Origin: Tricharina praecox
Lineage: Eukaryota
Reading direction: 5' to 3'
Assembly: GCF_024521635.1 (NCBI RefSeq)
Contig: NW_026250416.1
Location: 248,001 to 312,000 of the forward strand
Length of the DNA stretch: 64,000 nt
Positions within the stretch are counted from its first letter, which is position 1. Every line of letters begins with the position of its first letter. The notes below the pieces were generated by a model. That model had not been told where the DNA came from and did not search any database. It was given only the letters and a program-made list of their open reading frames with translations. Positions 39,801-52,437 of this stretch are shown one piece after another. Both the position numbers and the translations under genes were made by a program.

Positions 39801-40845
39801 GGATCGAAAAGCTTGGAAATGTGCCCTGTTTTATGTAGGTCGGTTGCTTTTGCTATTCAAGGTGGGAAGGAGGAACAATGAGAACTCGGTGGCAGTTTTA
39901 GATAAGCATAATCATAGATATCACTCTAGATCAATAGCAGTGGTGCCGCTTGCCGCTGGCGAAATCAGAATACGAGATAGAGTAGGTATAGAGCCGTGTG
40001 AAAACATGGTTTCGGGTGGCTAGGTGAAAGGTTGCGGTACTGAATTCGCTATCAGGTCTTCGAGCAAGCTTCTACCCTGAATTTTTAGGCAAACACCCGC
40101 ATTGCCTCGTCAATAAGCGCAAAAGTGGTCCAAACCGCAGCGGTATAGAGTTGGATTTCGCCTACGGCGAAGGGCTAATCGCTACTAGACCAGTGGGAAA
40201 GAGCTAGTGGATTACAAAGAGTATGAAGACCAATATCTCATGCAGACCGATTGATGAGCTTCCCCCGTCGCATGACAACCGATGATGCACTTGGAAACCC
40301 ATATGATGTTTTGGCGCTTAACGGCACAAGCTACAAAGGCTATTTACAGCATCATCCAGGGTGAAACACCAACAGGCTTCAGGACAGGTACTTGAGTTCG
40401 GTCATCTCTAGGTCATAAGCCTCCAAATTGGCGAGAACGAACGGCCGTCAAATGGTATGAAGAATACCCCTCAGTTATATGGACGTCTGTCATTGTAGAA
40501 TAACAATCGAGTGAGATCAAGAGGTAGAGTCGTGTTCCATGTCTCATGCTGGTGGTCTCCCGTGTAAACGCCAAGACTCGCTACGTGCTGGTTACCGTCA
40601 TTAAACCATCTACCCCCCGCGCCCGAAGCAAGAGCTTGTCCCGAACAGAGTTCCCTCCCACTATCGCTTCAGCTACCACGATATACCTCTGACGACATCG
40701 AACGACGACGAGAACGGAACGAAGACGGAAACATACTAAACGAGAATCGAACGAGAAGAAGGGGAAGCCGTAACGCATACGTATACGCAGCCGAGCGAAC
40801 CGGTAGAGAAAGCATAGCACCGCCAGCTCTGTATCGAACGCTACG

Positions 40846-43800
40846 ATGTCCGCAGGATTCCATCGGAGGAGTGTTCGCGTCTCGCAACGCTCCAGACACT
40901 CCATCATGGGGACGGCCGACGATGCCTACTCGTTCGCCCTTCGCACCGCTTATCTGAACTACCTGCTCCAACCGCGCCCTAGACGTCAGGTTCCCGCGCC
41001 CGCACCTATGCCCTTGCATAACGTCAACCGCATGTCCACCATCAATGTCCAAGACCTCGTCGCCGACTTCTCGCGCGGCCTCACCCAGCGTGATGCGACG
41101 AAGAGTATCCGACTGCCAAAAGATTTCTTGCCGTTGCTGAGGAAGCGGATCGAGAGTGTCGTGGTGGGCCGGGACACACAGGTTGAATACAGAGATGTGG
41201 CAGTGAAACGTACTTTCGGCTCCTTCTACAGCGCCTTTGTCGAGCCGCGCTACTACGAAACTACTTCCAAATCCCGACGACCGGAGGACTTGCTCCTTAT
41301 CTTCTACACGCACGCGACAAAAGAGCTCCAAACGTTGAGACCCGAGGATTGGAAGCCATTGGTCGATCGGCACGTAGCTCTATTTGTCAGGTTGATGAGC
41401 ATCATCATCAGAGAGCATGGTTGGGCATCAAGCAATCCCGAGTTGACGACACGATTGGCAACTCTTGAAAAGAAGCTGTTGAGACATGACGAGAACTTGG
41501 TGGAAGATGGTGGCAGCAACAGCCGGCGACAGAGTACAGCGACGGTTCTAGGGCCCCCGGATCCTTTAAGCTACGACGTCAATGATATGCCTATGGTGAA
41601 GACCGTGGCAAGGGTGTTCAATGTCCCACTCTCTACTTGTCAGGAGGATATCAACAAGAACAAAGCGGTGTGGACGGAAAAGGCCGCCTTCCAGGACATG
41701 AAGTTATACATGAATAATCTCAGCTCTGGCGCTGGAGGAACACTACGGTCCGATGATTTTGATCTGGACGATGCATACGAAGCATGGAAGAAAGCGGAGA
41801 AGTCGGAGGTGGCCGAGTTCATATTGCTGATGGGGCGGACACACCAAGAGTTGCTCCACTCGCCACTCAATCCCAACAACCGAATGTCGTCATACGGTAC
41901 TCCCATCTCTGCGCGCGCATCCATGTACGAGGCACCTGCCGGCTACGGATCATCGGCGCCGGACTTGAACGGGTCGGGGTTCGAGGATCAGGAACTTTAC
42001 GCCTACATCCCCAACGATGCGCGCGGCTGCTACCGTCACGTTATCAGCCGATGCTTGACATCCGACCTCAATGATCCCGATACAGAGTTTGAGCCAATCG
42101 ATATCCCCGGATCCGATGAACCAGTGAGATTGATGTCAAAAGCCTCTATGGATCTTCTGAGCCAATGTGCCCTTCGGTGGCGGTTGCCCAAATACTCGAG
42201 GATGATACTATTCTTAGATTCCCTCCGTACGAAATACCAGGAGGGGGAAGTTGGGCTACCTATGCTGGAGCACGCGTTCATGTACTTTGATAAAGAACTC
42301 GCTGATAGCCATTGGACAACCTGGACAATCACGGACCAGAACCTTTACAGTCAGATGTTGTCTACCATACACGACTTTATCCTGCGTGAAATGTACGATA
42401 TCTTGCAGCATGCATATGATAAAAAAGCGATTCCAATCGGACCGGTTATGTGGGTTCTCGACCAGTACATATACAACAACGAGCAGTTTACACCACCCAA
42501 CATGGACAGTTACTACGAGCAACTAAAGGAAGGCTTGAGGAGTAGGGCGGCGGCGGTGCTGCAGGAAATTGTACACGAGGAGATTATGGTGAAACGGGAG
42601 ACTGAGCGATTGGATCCGCTCCATGTAGTCACCTTCGCCCAACGGGTCACGAAGCTGGGTGAGCGGATTCAGAAGAGGTTCAAGGAGCCAATTATGGGGT
42701 ATGACCGGCACCAACCTGAAATTTCCGAGGTCGGTTACTGACGGTGCCGCTAGCGAGGTCGATCCAATCACCATATTCGTACAGGTCGTCTTTCCGCAGT
42801 TTGCCATTGAAGCCGAACAGGTCGTCCAAGAGATCATGCAGATGTACCAAGATGAAGGGGAAGAGATGTCGATTGAAGACGGATTCGAACTGTACAAGGA
42901 ATTGTCCGAAATTCGGCGGATATATAAGTCCGTCTTCCCGAAAGGAGCGTGGCCGGTCAATCTTGAGGATCTTTTCATCCCGTTCCCCAAGCGATGGCTC
43001 CAGACTGTTGACTCGAAGGTCGTTGGCTGGGTCGAAGCGGCTATCAAAGAAGATACCAATATGCATCACTGGCCGGAAGGACAAGAGATGGGCAATGAAA
43101 GACATACAAGTTCGGCGGTGGACATTTTCCGGTCATTCAACCAGTCGATCGACTCAGTCAAGAAACTGGAATGGGGGGACGACTTTCAATATGCCAAGTT
43201 TATGACCGTCATGGCAAAGATCTTGGGCAAGGGCATCAACCGTTATTGTTCCGAACTGGAATACGTGTTTACCTTTGAGATGGGCAAGAAAACTCCAGAA
43301 GAAGAAGCTGCAGCGCTCCAGAGCAGACAGCAGAGATGGGTATCGCTTGCGAAGGAGGCTTGGGCCAACAAGGAGAAGATTGAACCGTATCAGTTCGCCC
43401 CAGAGGTATATACGAGCTATTTACAATCCTTGGGGCATGTTTACTAACTTTTGCCGCAGTCGTGTCTAAAACTCAACAACATCGAATTCGCGATCGACCA
43501 GTTCGATAAGCTGGAGCAATCGGTTAACGCTGACGCGTTGGCAGAGATTATAGCCCAAAACGAAACACCCCGGGCCCGAGACAAGAAGGATACCTACGTT
43601 TTTACTATTAAGATCATGGAGGCAGAGGATCTGAAAGCGATGGATATTGGCGGGGGTAGCGACCCATACGTCGTGTTGGGTGACGAGTACCAGAAGAGAC
43701 TGGCCAAGACGAGGATCGTCTATAACAATTTGAACCCGCGGTGGGAGGAATCGTTCGATATCACCACTCAGGGTTCGATTCTTTTGGTAGCGACTCTGTG

Positions 43801-45046
43801 GGATTGGGATACTATGGGTGATCATGATTGTTTGGGCCGTGCAAGCCTCAAGCTGGACCCGACGAATTTCATGGACTACATGCCGAAGGAATATTGGTTG
43901 GACTTGGATACTCAAGGACGACTTTTGTTGCGGATAAGTATGGAGGGCGAGAGAGATGATATCCAGTTTCATTTCGGAAAAGCGTTCCGCAATCTGAAGC
44001 GAACCGAGCGAGATATGACTAGACAGATCACCGATAAGGTAGTCCCACCGCTCGAACCGTCTTGATCCGTCACTTACGCCTGTGCAGCTGTCTGCATACA
44101 TCCACTACTGTCTATCCCGGAACGCCCTGAAGAATGTTCTCTCAAAGGGATACAACATCTCGGCAGTGTCTGGTCTGTTCAGTCGGGCCGGATTCGGAGC
44201 AAGGCCGGCATCCACGCAATCACAGCCCATCACCGAAGCTGATATTGCCGCCGCCCTCACACCGTTGACGGACTATTTCAATGAGAACTTCGCGATCCTG
44301 AACCAGACGCTCACCCCATCGGCGATGAAATTGGTTATGACCAAGCTGTGGAAAGAAGTACTGGTCACCCTCGAATCGCTACTCGTGCCGACGCTTTCGG
44401 ACAAGCCGTCGCTGCAGCGACAGTTGACGCCCCAAGAGATGGAAGTGGTTTTCAAATGGCTTCAGGTAGTCCTTTCACTGATCTGTGCATACACCGGCTA
44501 ACCCATTACCTTGGAAACCAGCTGATGCTCGACTTCTTCCACGCCGTTGACGACCAGACGGGTGAGGCCACAGGTGTTCCTCTGAACGACCTCAAATCTC
44601 CCAAATACCACGAGCTGCAATCACTCAACTTCTTCTACTTTGAACCAACCATCGACTTGATCCGCAACAGTGAGCGTATCGGCAACGCCGAGGCGGCCAA
44701 GCAACAGGCTCTACGACAGAAACTCATGACCGGCGGCTCTTCCTCTTCATCGTCCTCACTCGGCGTCCCAGGCGTCTCGAGATCAAAGAGTGTGCTGAAT
44801 AAACGCAATCTGGGAACTATGCGCAAAGCCAAGGAGGAGAAGTGGCGAGAAGCCCAGGCCGAACCGAACGACGACATGATCCTGCGAATTCTACGGATGC
44901 GACCCGAGGCATCGGGGTATCTCAAGGATCGCGCCAAGCAGAAGGAGAGAATCGAGAGTATCGCGGCTATGGATGCGATCGTTGCAAAGAGTGTCCAGCA
45001 GGGGCCGGGAAGAATGGGGAGGTTGGATAGTTTTGGGAGGCGTTAG
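40846..45046 (+). CDS. Munc13-homology (MHD1-C2-MHD2) protein, Ync13/YOR296W-like, 1328 aa
   Basis: Exons 40846-42698, 42754-43405, 43460-44038, 44088-44465, 44522-45046. AYSFALRTAYL N-terminus; MHD1 (HTSSAVDIFRSF...CLKLNNIE); C2 (FTIKIMEAEDLKAMDIGGGSDPYV...LNPRWEESF); MHD2 (LTDYFNENF...WLQLMLDFFHA). Confidence 0.9.
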
Positions 45047-45550
45047 ATGTTTTTTGATTTTGTTTGTGCGTTGCGTTTCTTGAACCGGTTTTTGTGATGG
45101 TATTTTGGTCGTAGTATCCATGCCGACTGGGTCTATTTTCTTCGGTCATGTGCGTGTTGGGTTTGGGTATTGATATATCATGCTGCTCTGTTTGCTTGGG
45201 GGTTGGCTGCTTTGCTTGGTGGCTTTTTGTCGGAAGGATGAAATATGTTGTTGCTTGCTTGTTTGTCTGCTTCTCTTCTTGTTATACCTACACTGTTTTG
45301 TGTTTTGTGTTTGCGCTGTTGATGGTGATGATAATGGTGACAATAATGGTGGTGATACTATAATGAAGATATACGCTGATGATTGAGCCGAAGCAAATCA
45401 TATTATGGACAGTTTGATATCTAAGGACGAATGGGTTCGTTTTGTTTCTTGATTAATCGCCGTGAGTGGCTATTATATTCCGGCGAGTAATACCAAGTGC
45501 CCACCACCTCTCCCGTTCTCCTCCATATTTACCTTATATACACACACTCA

Positions 45551-46401
45551 CTACTTGGGCAGATACCGTATCCCCGTCTCAGGACACGAACTCGTCCGTG
45601 TAGTCTCCGTCTCCTCCCACTTCCCGTCCACCACCTTCCCGCGCAAGTGGTAGTAGTACCACAGCTCATTAACCCTCCCCTCGCTATCGCACCCGACAAA
45701 CGGCGTGGCGCCATGTGCCGCCCCCAGACACCCCACAAACTCCGCGCGCGTATACGTCCTGGCGGCCGAGGGCGTGATGCCGCATTTCTTCAGGAACTAT
45801 TGGGGGTCAGCCCGCCGTCCGCCGTCCGCAGTTTATCTGTGGGGGGGGGGACCTTGAATGTATCCAGCCTCCTAAACAACTGCACCGTAGCCTTGAAGTA
45901 ATCCGCCGCCTCCATCGCGGGCCTATACCCCGCGCCATAGCAGCCGGGCACAAGCGTGCTCATACAAGTCCCGTGCTTATCCCACTCATGTTTCCACAGC
46001 CCCTGGTCGGGCTCTGCCGGATCCACCGCCGCGCCCGTGCCATCGACGTCCAGCCAGTACTTACGCATGAACTTCTCTAGTGCCCCGCCGACGACCGCCG
46101 CTGCGCTCGGGTAGGCGCGACTGGCATCGCAGTAGGCCGGGTACGTCCCGTCGCAGAAGTCGGACCACAACCCGTGGATCGTCCAGGAGTTTTGGGGCCC
46201 GAGGGACGACCAGTATTGCGTTTGTAACAGCAGGCCTGAGGGGGACTCGATGCAGCAGGGAGGGATGGAGGTGCTGTTGTGGCAGGAGAGGGTACGGAGG
46301 TCGTGAAGGGTGCAGGAGGGGCTGCTGGGGGTGGAGGTGGTGAAGGCGGCGGCAGAGGCGAGGAGGAGCGAGAGGACGGCGGGGACGGCGGGGATGTGCA
46401 T
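45551..46401 (-). CDS. Secreted ribonuclease T2 family protein, 264 aa
   Basis: Signal peptide; CAS I WTIHGLWSD; CAS II LWKHEWDKHGTC; exons 46401-45853 and 45796-45551 ending SSCPETGIRYLPK. Confidence 0.9.
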
Positions 46402-47975
46402 TTTGGCGGGGAGGTGCGGTGGATGTGCGGTTCGCCGCTGGTTGGTTGGTTGGCTGGTTGGGATCGGGGGGTTTTATACATCCCATCCCATCCCCCCATC
46501 CCCATCACATCCCATCCCGCAATTCTCCTACATACATACCAGGTAAGTACCAATCGCGGATTGTTATCGACGATCCGCCCCTCCCCTCGTGGCGGGATGC
46601 TGCACGCCCGTTCGTTCGTTGGGCATCGGTGTGTCCCGTCCCGCCAGGGTCCGCCGGGGTCCACCCCACCTTCCGCTTGTGGGCTGCCTGGGTACCTATC
46701 GTTTGGAAGTAGACTGTCGGTCCCCGCCGGAGGGCGCCGCGGGCAGTGGGCACGATGCTAAAGCCCCCGTCTGCATAGGGCAGTAACGGCGCGTGGGAGC
46801 AGTGGGAGGGTGTGGAGGCGCGTCCTGGGTATGGAGCTGTCGTGCAGGTAGCTGTAGGTGGACTCTGGGGACGTTGGCGGGAGCCATGGAGCTCTGAGCT
46901 CGAGCTCGAGTGATAACCAGATCGTCATTTGGCGGATGGCCTGGATACCTATACTGTATGCCTGGATTGGAGGGGAGAGTGCAACCCTCCTACCCAGGTA
47001 CTTACTTCGCATGAAAGAGGAAGGACTGCACACCGGCAATGCAGCCCTCCTAAGTCCATACGATCACTCGCCGCACCACACCGCACCGCTGCCCACCCTT
47101 CACGCCCACGCCCACGCCCGCCGCCGCAACCCAGCTGGTAGAAAGTAGATAAAAAGTATACAGTCGTTTATTCATATAATCCGCCTCCAGACTCCCGAGT
47201 CCCGATATCCCCCCACCACCTGTACCCCGATTCCCCCAGACCAGAGCCCCATTATCTCTCCGCCCAGAGTAGATACCACAGCTAAAAAGTAAAACAAAGA
47301 AAAGAAGGATAAGAGAAAGAAACAAATTTGGAATATCGTGATAGTAAATACAGTACGCTCCCCTCCAGGCTCCTCCACCTCACCCACCGTCTGTCCCAAA
47401 TACTCCATAAGAGATGAAAGAATGAAGAGCCACCACCGCATAGGTATTGTACAAGCCAGCAATTCCAGGTGACAGACAAACAGAGACATTATTAGAGCCA
47501 GCAAGCAAGCAAAGCACGATTGCAGTTCGCAGTTCAGTTCAGTTCAGTTCAAGTTTTCCTTTGTTGATACCAATTTCTCAGTAGTGAGTAAAAGAGTAAA
47601 AAAGAAGCAGCTGGAGAGAAGAGCAGAAAAAAAATAAAAGAAAAAAAATATAAAAAAAAATAAAAATAAAACGCCGCAAACAAAAGAAAATGAAAGGGAG
47701 AAAACCACACACAGCCCGAATTGATGATAAAAAAAAGGCTTGGGAAAGAAGAAGAAGGAAGATTGGATATCGGATATGGATCTCAAATAAAACGCCGGCC
47801 AGACTTTGATACATCGTCGGACAACAAAAAAACAAGGGACACAAGAAAATAGATCACACGGAAAAGAAAAAAGAACAAAACACAAGTGCATCCACAAAGA
47901 AAAAAAAACGGAAGATAATTCCCAATGAATACCCGAATTCCCAGCCAATATTTTTTTCTCATTTTTTTGTATCCT

Positions 47976-49404
47976 TCAATCTATCGTCATCCTCGATTGC
48001 ATAGGTTGAGACATGTGCGCACTCATCTCTGTCATGCTGTTCTTGTCTTCCTCGTCCGTCACCTTTCTCTTGGTGATGTGCGGCTTGAGGCCCTTGTCGA
48101 AGTTCATAATGCAGGCGATCGCATTTATGATCGTCAGTATTATGAGCAAGATGGTGATCACGGCTGTAAACGAGAAAATATCAGTCATCCGTCCGCACAT
48201 CAGGTGTCAACATTCCGAAGCAACATACCGAAAGTAGTCAAACTTCGTCGAGCAGGCTTGTACGTCTCCTCGTAGGTCGGGGTCCACATGCGCACCAGCT
48301 TGAATATGAAGTATGCCAACGCCGCGAACAGGATGACCACGACACCCCACATGACACCCCTCTTCTCCCTACGGGTGAAGAATGCAGCCGTCGCTAGGAA
48401 GGCAATGGTGATTGGCAGTGCAGCAATGGTGACATAAAACTCGTAATCCTTCCCGCCGATCGTGTTGCTCTGGTTCTTGGTGAACCCGGTGGTGGACGCG
48501 ACGATGACAATGAATTGAACCGTGAATCCGACGAAGAAGAAAAAGTCGAATTTCAGGAGGGCGATGAAAATCTACAGTCCAGCAGATCAGCACACAGATT
48601 CGATTCGCGAGCGTGGTCCGCGGGTCAAACAAACCTGGAAGGTGAGGTAACGCTTCTTCATGCGAAGGTCGGCACTGATATGCTTGTAGATGCGCCATGC
48701 AAACTCATCGTACAACTTCCAGCACACAACACCCATGAGAACAGTCGACAGTGCGATCACGCAAGGAATGGTAATCAGGAACGGCCTAATGGCGCCCCAG
48801 ATGTCGGTTTCCATGAGCTTCAGATTCTTATCTTGGATCTTATCCGGTGAAAGAGCATCGTTCGCATCGTTGATCTGATCCATCTGGATGGCAGCATAGA
48901 TGAGCATCGCTAGGTTGAAGATGCAGATACCGATGACCTGAATCGTGTTCTTAAGACGAAGCGCATCGTAGCAAAGAGCAACCAGGAAGATGTGGGCGAA
49001 GATGAACAGCGTCAGGTAGCTACAAGTCGCATCGCATCGTCAGTATCGCAGTCGAAAGGCCGGGGTATGGCGCGCCAAAGCATGTGAATACTTACGTAGG
49101 GATGGTTCGCGTCTGCGCCTTCTGGAACTCGACCTCCGAGTACGCCGCGATCGTGTCATTCTTTGGTTTCAGATCCAAGATATTGTTCTTGATCAAGTTG
49201 TTCTGGAAAGTCGCAAAGACATATCTGCAACCGATCCTCCCATCAGCCCTGTCTCCACCCATATATCGGACCGCGACCCGATGTCCCCACATCTAGATGG
49301 GTTATCGCTCCCACTCACCCTTCACATGCCAGCACTACGCACGACTGCACAAACGCCAAAATCAAAAAGCTCCAACTCCACGGTGTCGTCGGGCGGTAAA
49401 CCAT
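47976..49404 (-). CDS. UPF0658 family multi-pass (Golgi) membrane protein, 376 aa
   Basis: Exons 49404-49319, 49224-49096, 49019-48635, 48571-48229, 48163-47976 join in frame. Motifs IPTYLTLFIF, YDALRLKNTIQVIG, KLYDEFAWRIYKHISAD, LLKFDFFFF, CIMNFDKGLKPH. Confidence 0.88.
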
Positions 49405-52358
49405 CCCTCTTGAACGCGGGCCTCCGCCTCCAAGCAGGGAATTCCTGCTACCGTATGGAATAGTTGCGGTGTCTAGACGGGAACGTTTCCCGCCGTCGAG
49501 GCGATGTTGAAGAGGAAAATCGTTTGTTGGTGGTGACGACGATGGATGGTGTTGCTAGGGTTGAGGGAGTTCGTGCGTAAAGGAAGGATCGCAAGGGGAT
49601 GCGACGTGGAGGAGGTCGAGGAGGAGCTAGCTAGGCCGATTCTTTCGATTATTCTATCCGAGCGATACGATGTTCTGATTCGTTCTTTTCCTGTGTGTCG
49701 GCGCGATTGGGGGGGATGGGTGGGAGGGAGGGAGGGAGGTTGAAAGTAAGTTGGTAGACGACACGGGCGTAGAAGGGGAGGGAGGGAACGGTCGGTCGAT
49801 AGGATGGAAGTTAGATGTCGAAGCGAACGAGCGGAATAGAAGGAAGAACGAGTATGATATGAGAAACCCCTCGCGAGGAAAGAAAGTGGTAGTGCAACAG
49901 GTAAGAGAGTATGTAAGAGGAAAAGAGGGAAAGGGTCGAAGGAATGTGGGAGGGTGGTGGTGAAGCGACGGTGAGAAGAAATTGGGGGCTTGCAGCAAGC
50001 AGGAGGATGGCAGGTGTGGGTGAGGTTAGATGGATGGGGGGTGGGAAGGGATTCGCATGCTAGTGTGGTTATTGATGGTGGGCCTGGCAAGAGTGGCAGT
50101 GAAGGGCAGAGCGAAGCCTACCGTGCTTTACTGGATCGGTGCAAGTGGACGCTAGAGGGTCCCAAAGAGGGGCGGCAGTCAGTCAAGGAATCACTCAGCC
50201 GCAGCAGAATGAATAAGAATAAAAATGGCTCTGCGTTGCTGCTTTGCAGTGTGCAGTGAGGGCGTTTCTTGGAGATGTCGCGAGCGGGCGATTTCGCGAT
50301 GCGTGCGTGTGTGCGTATCGTTTGCTACTCTACGCGACCGTACCTTTCAGCACGTCGATGTCTCCATTGTGATTCGTTCGCACGTTCGTTGTTCGCTGTT
50401 CGCCGTTCGCCATCCATTCTGGAGGGTCTGGTGTCTACCACAAAGCCGGAATCATGCAGCACGATCCATAGGGTGTGGCTAGGCTCATGATCGTCCCTTC
50501 TTCTCCGCACGCCACGCGCATTCAGGGTCCACCGAAGTAGAGTGTCGTGATCCCCTCCAACCGAACAGCGATCCAGCCAGCTTCGGTGGAGGATGCATGT
50601 GTTGTATGCAGGTATTTTTAATCGCCGTCTCCGGCCAACGTTGATCATGAACCGCCCACAACGTCGATTCGAGAGAAGAACATCAAGACAAAGAAGAGGA
50701 AGAGGAGGATTCAAATAACCTGTCCACGCGGCTAAAGCGGTGTCTGCTACCTAATAGCGTAATCGTCGAGTCAAATACGCGCGGACCAGACAATCCAGCA
50801 CCAGTGGCTGACTCGCCGTCACTGGAGTACACGGCAACCTCAAACCCATCCTCAAACCCATCCTCAAACCCGTTTCGTGTCCCGCGCTTCTTTTCTTCTT
50901 CTTCGCTTTTCTCGTCCCGCCCCTCGCCTCACCTCCACAGAGCCGAAGCATCGCCGGTCTCATCTACTACCTACACCTATGCCTCCTCCGCCTCCTCCGC
51001 CGCGATACGTGCATCCAGCGAATCCCGTCTCCCCACTCCTTCCAGGCAGCAGCTGCACCGCGTGCATAACCAAAGTTACCGGTAAAGTATCGACGGACGT
51101 GTAGGTACTAGTCCGTGCGCTCGACCCACCCAGCCACCGAATTACGCCACACCCACATCCACCCTCCACCGCCAGAAGCGAAGCCCGGTTACAAGTAGCC
51201 TGGCTGTCAGCTAACTATGTCTACCTACCTAGCCGCTCCTTAATCTACGCGGACGCGTGGGTGAAATTTCGGAGCCGGAAATGCTGTGGAGACGGAACGG
51301 GGGTGGAAGGCTGGAACTATGTTCTATGTAGGTGGACATGGGCAGTAGAGTTCCCGCCTCTGCGGCGAGGCGAGTGGAAAGCATGAGGTTCATCGATAGA
51401 GAGAGAGAGAGCTTGACGGTGAGGGCGGGGATGACGAGGTAACCAGAGTACTGACTCCGTAGAGTGAACTCTACTGTACCTACTCTAGCGGTCTGCGGCT
51501 GAGACCTGACCGCGACCGCTCCACCGGAACGTGATGCGATGCAGAGGAGCGCTGCGAGTTCCACGACCACGACCATATAAGTAGAGTACGCACATGATCA
51601 CCCGGCGCCGGCGCGGGCGGCCGGCACTTCGGACCATTTCCATTCACGCGTGGCCAGAAGCCCAGAAGCCCAGAGCCCACTCTCGTATGTATCCACCATA
51701 GGTATCCGCCATATCCACCGCGAACTTCGAAGTATATAGGAAGAATTACGACTCTCGCCCTCGATCAGGCCCGCTTCCTGTCGCTTCAGCCGGCCATGTG
51801 GCATACATATCCCCACTCCACCCACTCCCCTCCACTGAGTCCGCTCCGCTCCGCCTCATGAAAAACTTCGTGTTTGCCCGTCCGCACTGCGCAGCGATAC
51901 GATACGACACGACTGCGGCTGAAACACTAGCATGCTTGGGTCCAGCTCCATTATACCCTGCACCCACCGCATCCACCTGCACGCTCGTCGCCCACCTGCC
52001 TGCCACCACCCACACTGCCACAGTACTCTGTCGCCCCCCTTGCCGCAAAGATTCTAGCTCTTTCAACTAAAGCTGACCGCTTTCGGGAGGGGCTATAAAT
52101 AGACGTCCTACATAATAGTTATCTACAATGACATGCGCAGGTTGACTTGGCACTGGGTAGGTTGCACCGTTCATGACTTGCACCGTTACAGTTGCACGAT
52201 GGACGATGGGCTTTGAACGGTTGGAGGGTTGGAGGGTTGGAGGGTTGGAGGGTTGGGGGGTTGGAAAGGTGATCTACAGAGTCGAAACCGTGGAATCGAA
52301 ACGGTGCGACTGTGCAAGAAGCCGGTTGCATTGAGGTGCGAGGTGCGAGAATAGTGCC

Positions 52359-52436
<78 letters not shown>
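52359..52436. repeat. (ATG)26 microsatellite
   Basis: Perfect run, seen directly. Confidence 0.95.

Positions 52437-52437
<1 letters not shown>

Noticed and set aside
38950..40550. Possible degenerate gene/TE or structured ncRNA (telomerase RNA considered)
   Set aside because: No template-like CTAACCCTAA and no convincing protein motif; needs BLASTX/Infernal.
50457..50610. 5S rRNA-like start (ACGATCCATAGGGTGTGG)
   Set aside because: The rest lacks 5S box A/C sequence and the spacing is wrong; probably chance.
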